The position numbers and the translations under genes are program-made. A stretch of DNA of 63,518 nt from Macrostomum lignano (Eukaryota): positions 66,882 to 130,399 of the forward strand of contig NIVC01002911.1 in the NCBI GenBank assembly GCA_002269645.1, written 5' to 3'. This document shows positions 1 through 12,700 of this stretch, piece by piece. The notes under the pieces are model-generated. The model ran no database searches and was not told the origin of the DNA. It saw only the letters and a program-made list of their open reading frames with translations. Position 1 is the stretch's first letter. The number at the start of each line of letters is the position of its first letter.

Positions 1-325
1 TATTGGGTAGCATCCTGAGGGGATTGGTAGCACCCTGAAGGTATTGGTAGCATCCTGAGGAGATTGGTAGCACCCTGAAGGTATTGGTAGCATCCTGAGG
101 AGATTGGTAGCATCCTGAAGGGATTGGTAGCATCCCGAGGGGATTGGTAGCATCCTGAAGGGATTAGTAGCATCCTGAAGGGATTGGTAGCATCCCGAGG
201 GGATTGGTAGCATCCTGAAGGGATTGGTAGCATCCCGAGGGGATTGTAGCATCCCGAGGGGATTGGTAGCATCCTGAAGGGATTGGTAGCATCCCGAGGG
301 GATTTGTAGCATCCTGAGGGGATTG
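1..325. repeat. 20-bp minisatellite GGATTGGTAGCATCCTGAAG (runs off window start)
   Basis: Direct reading, about 16 units. Confidence 0.95.
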
Positions 326-391
326 GTTGGATTCTGAGCCAATGCATCCGTCACAAAAAGTGCATTACGTACTTTTATCTCGCACTCCCAG

Positions 392-736
392 CCGATCACA
401 TCCGCATCGGCCAGCCGGGCACGAAATCCACGCGCGCTCAGAAGCCGCGCATCTTCGTCTCGGACGGCGCCACGGCGCCAATCAAGGGACCCTGCGCCGT
501 ATTCATGCGCTCCAACTGCCAGACAGCCATCACTGAGGCCAACATCGCCAAGGAGGTGAACTTTCTCAGCATCGACGGCTCCGACGGGGTACTGAAAGGT
601 GTCGAACAGATTCTCTCCCAGCTGCTGGTGCCACAGCTTCGAGAACTTCAGGGCGGCTGGGGACAGCTGGAGACTCAGGAGCACGCGAAGCAGCACTTCC
701 TCAACAGTCTGGAGAACTTCGTCAGCCTGCTCAACA
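392..736 (+). CDS. DNAH5: Dynein HC exon (first in window; N-terminal tail, KPRIFVSDG...FVSLLN)
   Basis: Acceptor CTCCCAG at 391, donor GTGAGT at 737, phase 1/1, open frame shared with ORF 505..855. Confidence 0.85.
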
Positions 737-3700
737 GTGAGTTGTGGGACCACTGCTTGCGATTCTCTATTGTCCTTGTCACTCTCCCATCCTCCTGGCA
801 CTCTCCCATCCTCCTGGCACTCTCCCATCCTCCTGGCACTCTCCCATCCTCCTAGCACTCTCCCATCCTCCTGGCACTCTTCTATCATCCTTGGCAGTCT
901 TCTATCATTCTTGGCACTCTTCTATCATCTTTGACACTCTTCTATCATTGGCACTCTTCTATCATTGGCACTCTTCTATCATTCTTGGCACTCTTCTATC
1001 ATTGGCACTCTTCTATCATCCTTGGCACTCTTCTATCATCCTTGGCACTCTTTTAACATTCTTGGCACTCTTCTATCATCCTTGGCACTCTCTCATCATC
1101 CTTGGCACTCTCCCATCATCCTTGGCACCCTTCTATCATCCTTGGCACTCTCCCATCATCCTTGGCACTCTTCTATCATCCTTGGCACTCTCCCATCATC
1201 CTTGGCACTCTTCTATCATCCTTGGCACTCTTCTATCATCCTTGGCACCCTTCTATCATCCTTGGCACTCTCCCATCATCCTTGGCACTCTTCTATCATC
1301 CTTGGCACTCTCCCATCATCCTTGGCACTCTCCCATCATCCTTGGCACTCTTCTACCAGGCGCCCAAGACACCATCAACGACAAGGTGGTGCTGAAGCCG
1401 TGCACCGGCTTCGACCTGCGCCGGCTGAAATCCGTCACGGACCTGAACTCGGCGGCCTCGCACACGGAGAGCCTGACGGCCATCGAGGAGTGCGCGGCCG
1501 GCTGGATGAAAGCAGATCGAGCAGGTGCTGGCCGAGACCGAGCAGATCCGGCGCGAGGCCGACAATGTGGGGCCTCGGGCCGAGCTGGAGTACTGGAAGC
1601 GGCGGATGGCCAAGTTCAACTACCTGCTGGACCAGCTCAAGTCGCACGACGTCAAGCAGGTTCTGGGCGTGCTCAACGCCGCCAAATCGCGCTCTTTGAA
1701 GGTGAGCAGTCAAGTCTGAGTGTTGAAATTATGCACCAGATATGCATATTTATCTTTGCATGAATATTTCATCCTTCTTCCCTTCTCTCTCCTCTCCTCT
1801 CCTCTCCTCTCCTCTCCTCTCCTCTCTCTCCTCTCCTTCTCTCCTCTCCTCTCCTCTCCTCTCTCTCCTCTCCTCTCCTCCTCTCCTCTCCTCTCCTCTC
1901 TCTCCTCTCCTCTCCTCTCCTCTCCTCTCCTCTCCTCTCCTCTCCTCTCCTCTCCTCTCCTCTCCTCTCCTCTCCTCTCCTCTCCTCTCCTCTCCTCTCC
2001 TCTCCTCTCCTCTTATCTCCTCTCCTCTCCTCTCCTCTTATCTCCTCTCCTCTCCTCTTATCTCCTCTCCTCTCCTCTCTAATCTTCTTTTCTCTATTCT
2101 AACCTCCTTTTCTATCGCCAATCTATCGTCTTGTCGCCAACGTTGCCCCTTGTATCCACAAGTGCATATGCTGTGCAGTGTAATATTTATTTAATGCTTA
2201 ATTTATTAACTTGCACATAATTACAATTATGTATAGGGATTACCTTGCGTGTCTGCCACAAGGTCTCTGCTTTCGCATACAATTAAACGCTGGGGGTCTC
2301 CCCGACCGCCCGTTTCTATCATTTCACTTTTTATTTTCTTGTTTTCCTTACCTTCCTAAGATGAAGCGCCTCTGCTTTGCAGTTGCTATGGACGCCAAGC
2401 ACCCTGTTGTGCGGTCTGTCTCTCTGAGTCTCTGCGTCTCTCTCACCCTTTCGGTTGTTTTACTGTGCGTGTTTGGCTGAACCACGTCGAGTTTAGCGTG
2501 ACAGGGGGTCGGGTCGGGTACGGCAAGACACACACAGAAAATTTTTAATCAAGACTCACGCACTGCATTGTTAACCTGCTGTGCAAAGGCTAAAGGCATC
2601 TTGAATTAGAAGCGCTCTCCTAACCTGTGACGCCTCTCTCGCCATAGCAACCGCACACCTATCTTCACTGCTCCTCTTCTACCTAAGCCGGGCAGGCAGT
2701 AATTGTGCTAGTGCAGTGCTGCCTGCTTTCTCTATAAATTATTTTCGACTAAAATTTTCTGCCAAAGCTACTATTGGTAGAATATATCTTTTTAGTCGTA
2801 ATTGCAATATTGAGTATTAAATTATTTTTACATTTAAAATCGCGCCAAAACAAGCATTATTATTTTTTGTTAATATAAAGTACGTAAAATCCACGAGTGC
2901 ATTTGATTAACTTAAATGATTTGAATTACTAATGCCTGTTTAGAATTATGCAGAGAGTGATTTAAAACGATTTAAAATGAAGTAAACTATTTAGAACTAT
3001 GTAGAATGAGTCAGGACAAATTAAAATAATTTAGAATGATTCATGATTATTTAAAATTAATTAAAATTAATGAAAATTAATGAAAATTAATGAAAATTAA
3101 TGAAAATGAAATAAAATGAGCTGAAACAAATTAAAATTAATTATAATTGAATTAATTATAATTGATTAGATTAAAATTTCATCAGTCGAATTGTGTAAAC
3201 TCAGTAAAACTGCGGTGTACTCAAACGGTGAAAAACTGTTGATAAACGCGCATTTAAATAGTATTAATTCAAAATTTGAAATAATTACTTAGAAATAATA
3301 ATCATTACTAGCTAATTCCTATTTACAGTACAGTGCAACATGTATAGTAACTATTTCTCTATTTAAGTAAATATATTAAAATCAAATTCATAAAAATACG
3401 AGCATTTATTAACATTTTTATATTTGTTTATGTAGTTTTAGTTTGCATTGTCTTACTGATTACAGTCTAAGCAACATAAAATAAATAATTTTGTCAAATT
3501 TAAATCATCAAAACTTTCTAAAACTATTTGATTCTCAAACGCATAGCTCCTGCTTATTTTGCACCACCAGACTTGGTTCGAGATGGACCGCCGCATCACG
3601 GACAATGCCAATGAGGCCAAGGATAATGTGAAATTTTTGTACACCCTCGATGAGCACTGCATGCCGCTGTACCACAGCGACCCGGTGAAGATGGTGGACA

Positions 3701-6700
3701 TGATCCCCAAGCTGATCAACGGCATCAGGATGATCCACAGCATCTCGCGGTACTACAACACCTCCGAGCGGATGACTTCGCTGTTCGTGAAGGTCACCAA
3801 CCAGATGATCACCGCTTGCAAGAGCTACATCAGCCAGGCGCACACGGAGACCATCTGGTCCCAGCCGACGGACCAGGTGATCGCTAAACTCAAGGACTGC
3901 ATCCGGCTTAACGAAGAGTACCAGACCTGCTTCCAGCGGACCAAGGCCAAGCTCGAGCAGATGCCCAACGAGAAGAAGTTCGAGTTCTCCGAGATGTACA
4001 TCTTTGGCAAGTTTGACACGTTCTGTCGACGGCTGAAGAAGATCATCGAGATGTTCCAGACCATGGAGATGTTCTCGCACCTGGCCGAGTCCAAAATCGA
4101 AGGCATGGAGATGATGTCCGCCAAGTTCAACGTCATCGTGGTTGGCATGAAGAAAAAGCCGTACGACTTTTTGGATCAGCGCAGAGTTGATTTCGATAAT
4201 GACTATGAGGATTTCAAGCGGCAGATTCTGGAGTTGCAGGTGCGTTGCTAGGGTCTTTCTCTAGTCGAGTAGGGCAAGCTTTCCATGACCTAAACTAAAT
4301 GACCCATGCTGTCAATGACTCACATTTTCTATTGTCTCTGATTTAAACTGTCAGTATCCCAGGCTGTCTATGACCCAAGCTATCTAGATGCCTATGACTT
4401 ACTTGACTCAGCTGCAGGGTGGTCCGAAGACGCAGCGGAAAGGCGAGCGTCGCCCATTCCGCTAATCCCTGAGACTAGACTAGAGCTAGGGCCGCGGGGC
4501 CGGTCAGGGAGGTCTGCCGGACCTGTTTTCAGCGTGGTTTTTAGTGGGGAAGACAGAGGTCGTTTGGTAGCCCTCTAGATACCTATGACCCAAGCTGTCT
4601 ATGACCAAAGCTGTCGATGACCGAAACTGTCTATGACCCAAGCTATCTATGAACCGAACTGTATATAATCAAATTTTCTGTAAAAAAAACTCCATGACCC
4701 AAACCGTATCAGCTAAACTGATAATGACACTAATTATCTATGGCCCAAGCACTAATCGACCCTTGAATTCCCATTCCCGGCACGCTCCAGGGCAGCATCC
4801 AGGCCTTCATGGACGCCCGCTTTGAGAAGCTGACCAGCTCCTACGAGCGCTGCAGACTCTGAAGCGATTCGAACGGCTGCGAATTCCTCGCCTTGGTATC
4901 GAGGAGAAATACCAGAAGATACTGGTCTTCTACGGCAAGGAGCTGGACAGCGCAGTCCGCATCTACAACAAGAACAAGGACGATCCGCCAATCGCACGCG
5001 ACCTGCCGCCAATCGGCGGCAAAATCTGCTGGGCCCGCCAGCTGTTCCGCCGCATCGAGGAGCCCATGGTGCTCTTCAAGACCATGCCGCAGCTGCTGGC
5101 CAGCCCGGAGGGCAAGCGCATTGTGAAGAACTACAACAAGCTGGCCGAGGTGCTGGTGGCATTCGAGATGCTCTACCACCGCGCCTGGACCAAACAGGTG
5201 CAGTCGGCGCAGGTCGGCCTGAAGGCCTCGCTGCTGGTGCGCCACCCGGAGACCAAGCGGCTCTTCATCAACTTGGACGCTGAGATTCTCACTCTGATCA
5301 GGGAGACGGAGCTGATGGCGCGTCTGGGCATGGACATCCCGCTAGCGGCGCAGCATCTTCGGGCCCGCCAGGTGGCTATCAAACGCCACTACGAGAGCCT
5401 CGGCATGATGCTGGACGAGTACAACCGGATTCTAGACGGCGTGCCGCCCGAGTACGAGCCGCTGATGGGCCCGCGGCTTAACAGACTGCGCCGCGTGGTG
5501 GAGCCGGGACTGACCACGCTCAACTGGATGAGCCTCGGCACGGACAAGTACATCGAGGAGGTGTACGCTGACATGCGCGATGTGGAGCTGCTGCTCAGCC
5601 GCGCTAAGGATCTGCGCGAGTTCCGCATCGACCAGGTGCTGGACGAGATGGCCACCGTGCAGCTGTGCGAGCTGCCCGACACTGAGCCCTGGACCATAGA
5701 TGCCTTCCTGGAGCGGACGCAGAGCCTCTGCCACAAGGGCGCCCAGCTGCTCCAGGTTAAGAGCATCAACGTCGAGGAGGCCGTCAATGAGCTCATCAAC
5801 ATGCTCGTCGGCGAAGACGAACCTGAGCAGCCGGCGACTGTCGATGAGGCCGACAAGCCAACTGATGAGGCGCCAGCGGCCGAGCAGCCGGAGGGCGGCG
5901 AGCGGATCCTTCGCCGGCCGAAGAAGGACGAGAAGGCGCAGATCGAGGAAGCCGCAATGGAGCTGCTGAGCCACTTCAACCACAGGAACATGGACGCGAT
6001 TGTGAAGGTGACACGCAACACGCTGGAGGCGCTGCGCAAGCGGATCACCGCTTCGACTCTGGCTGCCTACGACAGGACTGCCACCGCCCAGAGGCCGTTC
6101 TTCCAGTGCTTCGCCATGCTGGCGATCCCGCAAGTGGTGGTGCAGCCGACCACGAGGACGTGCAGCAGTGTGTCAACAAGGCCTGCCAGAGCATCATCGG
6201 CGTCAGCAAGGGCGTCTCCCAGTGGTCCAAGGAGCGCAAGCTGACCAAAGCAAAGCCAGAGGAAGCCGACGACTTTTTCATCGAGACGACCGAGGGTGGC
6301 GGCGACCCGGCAACGGCCAGGTCGGACGCTCGCCGACCCAGCGTGGCAGCCAGCGTGGCGCCAACCGACATCTCCGGTCAGTCGGACGTGGCCGCTTCCC
6401 GGACTGGCCTGCGGAGCCACCGGCAGCGGCAGGACAGCGAGGACGGCGCTGCCTCGCAGCAGTACGCGGTGCAGATGCAGGCCAACAACTACTTCAAGAA
6501 CGTATCGGACAACAAAGAGGTCGCCAAGCTGGCCTCACTGCTGTCAACTGCCATCAACAGTCAAAAGAAGGAGATCGTGACGGCTCTGGAGCGCTTCTAC
6601 CGCTACAAGTACATCTGGGAGCTGAACCGGGAGGAGACTCTGCAGCAGTTCGTCAGCCAGTCGCCTCGATTAGGCGAATACGAGGCCAAAATTATCGAGT

Positions 6701-9700
6701 TCGAGCGCGAGGAGGAGCGAATCAGCGGCGAGTCGGCGTCCTACGACTGCGGCCCGGTGGCAATCTTCACCGAGCGGCTCAAGCTGGGCCTGCTCACCGA
6801 GAGCAAGGCCTGGCGGCTGCTGTACGGCCGCTCCTGCAACCAGAAGTACAAGACCGAGATGGAGGAATTCTTTGCTTTCATCGAAGATATCGAGAAGCGA
6901 CTCAGCCGGCCAATCAAAGATCTGGACGACATCCGCATCGCCATGGCCGCGCTCAAAGACATCCGGGAGAACGAGATCCGCATCGACATGGGCATTGGCC
7001 CCATCGAGGAGTCCTACGCCATGCTCAACAAGCACGAGCTCCCCGTGCCCACGGAGGAGGCCGAACGAGTTGACACCCTCCGTTACACCTGGGAGAAGCT
7101 GCGCGCCCACGGTATTGAAGTGCAGAACCACCTGGTCAGCATCCAATCAGACTTCCGGGACAATCTCGTGCAGGAAGTGGTGGTGTTCAAGAACGACTGC
7201 AACAAGTTCTACGAGGACTATGACACTGCGGGTCCCATGGTGCCCGGCGTGGCGCCGCGAGAGGCTTCGGACAGGCTGATCATCTTCCAGAACCAGTTCG
7301 ACAATCTCAACAGGAAGTTCGTCACGTACACGGGTGGCGAGGAGCTGTTCGGCCTGCCGGTCAGCGACTACCCGGAGCTCCATCGGATCAAGAAGGAGCT
7401 GAACTTGCTCACTAAGCTCTACAGTCTGTATAACGATGTGATCAACACGGTCAACGGCTATTACGACATTCTGTTCACTGAAGTTGACATCGAGAAGATC
7501 AGCACGGAGCTGCAAGAGTTCCAGAACCGATGCCGCAAGCTGCCCAAGGCGCTGAAAGACTGGCCAGCGTTCGCCGATCTCAACAAGACAATTGACGACT
7601 TCAATGAGATGGTGCCGCTGCTGGAGCTGATGACTAACAAAGCCATGAAGCCGCGTCACTGGCAGAGAATGTCCGACCTCACCAAGCACCACTTCGACGT
7701 TGAGAGTGACGGGTTCACTCTGCGGAACATCCTGGAGGCACCGCTGCTGCAGTATAAAGAGGAGATCGAGGACATCTGCATCAGCGCCGGCAAGGAGAAG
7801 GACATCGAGGCCAAACTAAAGGCCGTCATCGCCGAGTGGAGCAGCCACGAGTTTCGCTTTGGCACGTTCAAAAACCGTGGCGAGCTGCTCCTGCGCGGCG
7901 ACCACACCGGCGAGATAATCAGCTTCATGGAGGATTCGCTGATGGTGCTCAGCTCGCTGCTTAGCAACCGCTACAACGCACCGTTCAAGAAGCAAATCCA
8001 GCAGTGGGTGAGCAACCTGTCGAACAGCTCTGAGATCATCGAGCAGTGGATGACGGTTCAGAATCTGTGGGTGTACCTGGAGGCCGTGTTCGTCGGTGGC
8101 GACATCGCCAAGCAGCTGCCGAAGGAGGCAAAACGGTTCAGCAACATCGACAAGAGCTGGATCAAGATCATGACCCGGGCGCACGAGACCACCAACGTCA
8201 TCCAGTGCTGCGTCGGCGATGAGACCCTCTCCCAGCTCCTGCCGCACCTGCTGGAGCAGTTGGAGCTCTGCCAGAAGTCTCTCACCGGCTACCTGGAGAA
8301 GAAGCGCCTGCTGTTCCCGCGTTTTTTCTTCGTGTCCGATCCGGCCCTGCTGGAGATCCTCGGCCAGGCCTCGGACCCGCACACCATCCAGGCCCACCTG
8401 CTGTCCATCTTCGATAACATCAAGACGGTGAAGTTCCACGAGAAGCAGTACGAGACCATTCTGGCCTGCTACTCGAGCGAAGGCGAGCAGCTCGAGCTGG
8501 AGAAGCCGGTGAAGGCAGAGGGCAACGTGGAAGTCTGGCTGATGACGCTGATGCAGCAGAGCCAGCGCTCGCTGCACGGCGTGATCCGCACTGCCTACAT
8601 GGCCATCAGCGACCAGAACTTCCAAATCCTGGAGTTCCTGGACATGTTCCCGGCGCAGATCGGCCTGCTTGGCATTCAGCTGATCTGGACTCGTGACTCC
8701 ACGGACGCGCTGAAAAACGCCAAGAGCGACAAGAAGGTGATGGCTAGCACCAATCAGAGCTTCCTAGATCTGCTAAATCTGCTGATTAATCAGACCACGC
8801 GCGAGTTGACTAAAGTTGAGCGCACCAAGTTCGAGACGCTCATCACCATCCACGTGCACCAGCGCGACATATTCGAGGATCTGTGCAAGATGCACATCAA
8901 ATCACCGACAGACTTCGAGTGGCTGAAGCAGACAAGATTCTACTTCATCGAGGACACTGACAAATGCATGATCAGCATCACGGATGTTGACTTCGAATAC
9001 CAGAACGAGTTCCTTGGCTGCACCGAGCGTCTTGTAATCACCCCCCTGACTGACAGGTGCTACATCACCCTCGCCCAGGCTCTGGGAATGTCCATGGGCG
9101 GCGCCCCGGCCGGGCCCGCCGGTACAGGAAAGACGGAGACCGTCAAAGACATGGGCCGCTGCCTCGGCAAGTACGTCGTGGTGTTCAACTGCTCCGACCA
9201 GATGGACTTCCGCGGTCTGGGCAGAATCTACAAGGTAAGCTGGTCAACCCTGCTTAATGATCAGCCCTACGACGTAACTGTTGAAATGAACCTTGCCTCA
9301 GCCAATGAGAGAGCTCTCAAGACTGGGGGAACCGATTCAAACACGTTGTACAACCTGGGGGTTGTAGCGTAGTGGTTAGAGCGTCGGACTCACAACTTGA
9401 AGGTCCGGGGTTCGATTCCCGATCCCACTGGAACAATTTGTGTCCTTGAGCAAGATACTTAACTCTGAATTGGTTCAGTTCTCCCAGCTGTAAAATGGGT
9501 GCCAGCATTAGCTGGGGTAATTGAGGCTGTGTGTGGCGACCCCCCAGTCCTTGGACTGAACAGCCGTACGCAGCCTTCAGATGTATCGCGCAATAGCTGC
9601 GGCTGAGCTGTCGGTTGCATATCTGGCCCAACTAGGGCAGGTGTAATCAGTTATTGTTAACGATTATTTGTTTGAAGTTATCAAAAAGATCCGCATTCAA

Positions 9701-12700
9701 GCACTTATTTAGCTGTAGTAGGACAAGAGCCATGGCTAGAACGATGAAAACAGGGCCTGTTTCCCCAAGGTGTAGTTCACTCTGGGCTGCTAGTCGACTG
9801 TCGCCAGAACTAATCGGATTAACACCTGTCGTTCCTTCCAGGGCCTGGCCCAGTCCGGCAGCTGGGGCTGCTTCGACGAGTTCAACCGCATCGAGCTGCC
9901 TGTGCTGTCCGTGGCGGCTCAGCAGATCGCCATCGTGCTCTCCTGCAAGAAGGAGCGCAAGAAGCAGTTCATCTTCACTGACGGCGACCTGGTCGAGATG
10001 AACCCGGAGTTCGGCATCTTCCTCACGATGAACCCCGGCTACGCTGGACGTCAGGAGCTGCCGGAGAATCTGAAGATCAACTTCCGCACCGTGGCCATGA
10101 TGGTGCCCGACAGGCAGATCATCATCCGCGTCAAGCTGGCCTCGGTCGGCTTCCTCGACAACATCACCCTCGCCAGGAAGTTCTTCACTTTGTACAAGCT
10201 TTGCGAAGAGCAGCTCACCAAGCAGGTGAGCGGTTTTAGAGATTGTCTCCTGCTCAACTCCAGCTCCTGCTTCTGACACTTCTCCTGCTGCTGCTCCTGA
10301 CACTACTCCTGCTCCTGACACTTCTCCTGCTGCTGCTCCTGACCCTACTCCTGCTTCTGACACTTCTCCTGCTGCTGCTCCTGACCCTACTCCTGCTTCT
10401 GACACTTCTCCTGCTGCTGCTCCTGACCCTACTCCTGCTTCTGACACTTCTCCTGCTGCTGCTCCTGACACTACTCCTGCTCCTGACACTTCTCCTGCTG
10501 CTGCTCCTGACCCTACTCCTGCTTCTGACACTTCTCCTGCTGCTGCTCCTGACACTACTCCTGCTCCTGACACTTCTCCTGCTGCTGCTCCTGACCCTAC
10601 TCCTGCTTCTGCTCCTAACACTACTCCTGCTGCTGCTCCTGACCCTACTCCTGCTTCTGCTCCTAACACTACTCCTGCTCCTGACCCTACTCCTGCTGCT
10701 GCTCCTGACCCTACTCCTGCTTCTGCTCCTGACACTACTCCTGCTCCTAACACTACTCCTGCTGCTGCTCCTGACCCTACTCCTACTTCTGCTCCTAACA
10801 CTACTCCTGCTGCTGCTCCTGACCCTACTCCTACTTCTGCTCCTAACACTACTCCTGCTGCTGCTCCTGACCCTACTCCTGCTTCTGCTCCTAACACTAC
10901 TCCTGCTCCTGACACTTCTCCTGCTGCTGCTCCTAACACTACTCCTGCTTCTGACACTTCTCCTGCTGCTGCTCCTGACCCTACTCCTGCTTCTGCTCCT
11001 GACACTACTCCTGCTCCTGACCCTACTCCTGCTTCTGCTCCTGACACTACTCCTGCTCCTGACCCTACTCCTGCTTCTTCTCCTAACACTACTCCTGCTC
11101 CTGACACTTCTCCTGCTGCTGCTCCTGACCCTACTCCTGCTTCTGCTCCTGACACTACTCCTGCTCCTGACCCTACTCCTGCTTCTGCTCCTGACACTAC
11201 TCCTGCTCCTGACACTTCTCCTGCTTCTTCTCCTAACACTACTCCTGCTTCTGCTCCTAACACTACTCCTGCTTCTGCTCCTGACACTACTCCTGCTCCT
11301 GACACTACTCCTGCTTCTGCTCCTGACACTACTCCTGCTGCTGCTCCTGACCCTACTCCTGCTTCTTCTCCTAACACTACTCCTGCTGCTGCTCCTGACC
11401 CTACTCCTGCTTCTTCTCCTAACACTACTCCTGCTTCTGCTCCTAACACTACTCCTGCTTCTGCCCCTGACACTGCTCCTGCTGCTGCTCCTGACACTAC
11501 TCCTGCTTCTTCTCCTAACACTACTCCTGCTGCTGCTCCTGACCCTACTCCTGCTTCTTCTCCTAACACTACTCCTGCTTCTGCTCCTAACACTACTCCT
11601 GCTTCTGCCCCTGACACTACTCCTGCTCCTGACACTTCTCCTGCTCCTGACACTTCTCCTGCTGCTGCTCCTGACACTACTCCTGCTTCTGCTCCTGACA
11701 CTACTCCTGCTCCTGACACTACTCCTGCTTCTGCTCCTGACACTACTCCTGCTGCTGCTCCTGACACTACTCCTGCTTCTGCTCCTGACACTACTCCTGC
11801 TTCTGCTCCTGACACTACTCCTGCTTCTGCTCCTGACACTACTCCTGCTGCTGCTCCTGACACTACTCCTGCTTCTGCTCCTGACACTACTCCTGCTTCT
11901 GCTCCTGACACTACTCCTGCTTCTGCTCCTGACACTTCTCCTGCTACTGCTCCTGACACTACTCCTGCTTCTGCTCCTGACACTACTCCTGCTCCTGACA
12001 CTTCTCCTGCTGCTGCTCCTGACACTACTCCTGCTCCTGACACTTCTCCTGCTGCTGCTCCTGACACTACTCCTGCTTCTGCTCCTGACACTACTCCTGC
12101 TGCTGCTCCTGACACTACTCCTGCTTCTGCTCCTGACACTACTCCTGCTCCTGACACTTCTCCTGCTGCTGCTCCTGACACTACTCCTGCTCCTGACCCT
12201 ACTCCTGCTGCTGCTCCTGACACTTCTCCTGCTGCTGCTCCTGACACTACTCCTGCTTCTGCTCCTGACCCTACTCCTGCTCCTGACACTTCTCCTGCTG
12301 CTGCTCCTGACACTACTCCTGCTCCTGACACTTCTCCTGCTGCTGCTCCTGACACTACTCCTGCTTCTGCTCCTGACACTACTCCTGCTCCTGACACTAC
12401 TCCTGCTTCTGCTCCTGACACTACTCCTGCTCCTGACACTTCTCCTGCTGCTGCTCCTGACACTACTCCTGCTCCTGACCCTACTCCTGCTGCTGCTCCT
12501 GACACTTCTCCTGCTGCTGCTCCTGACACTACTCCTGATCCAGCTCCTAAAACTACTCCTGCTGTTGCTCCTGACACTTCTGCTGCTGCTCCTGACACTA
12601 CTCCTGCTTCTGCTCCTGACACTACTCCTGATCCAGCTCCTAAAACTACTCCTGCTGCTGCTCCTGACACTTCTCCTGCTGCTGCTCCTGACACTTCTCC

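Noticed and set aside
2361-2480. Further alternative dynein exon ([11 protein letters not shown], vaguely like KSHDVKQVL)
   Set aside because: The similarity is too short, there are no compatible + strand splice sites and the frame ends in a stop.
4411-4471. HDV-like ribozyme on the + strand (GCTGC/GCAGC, GG, P4-like hairpin, GCTAA, CCCTG in the right order)
   Set aside because: P1 is only 4-5 bp, there is no J1/2, and P3/L3 are non-canonical. The UUCG loop and tail favour the minus strand as the RNA. A covariance-model search could revisit this.
1509-6153. Programmed ribosomal frameshifting in the dynein
   Set aside because: No slippery heptamer, shift-prone stop context or obvious stimulatory structure; mixed +1/-1 indels fit sequencing error better.
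9357-9428. tRNA gene (Val-CAC-like loop CTCACAA)
   Set aside because: The anticodon and acceptor stems mispair and the sequence runs on into a SINE body; it is a SINE head.
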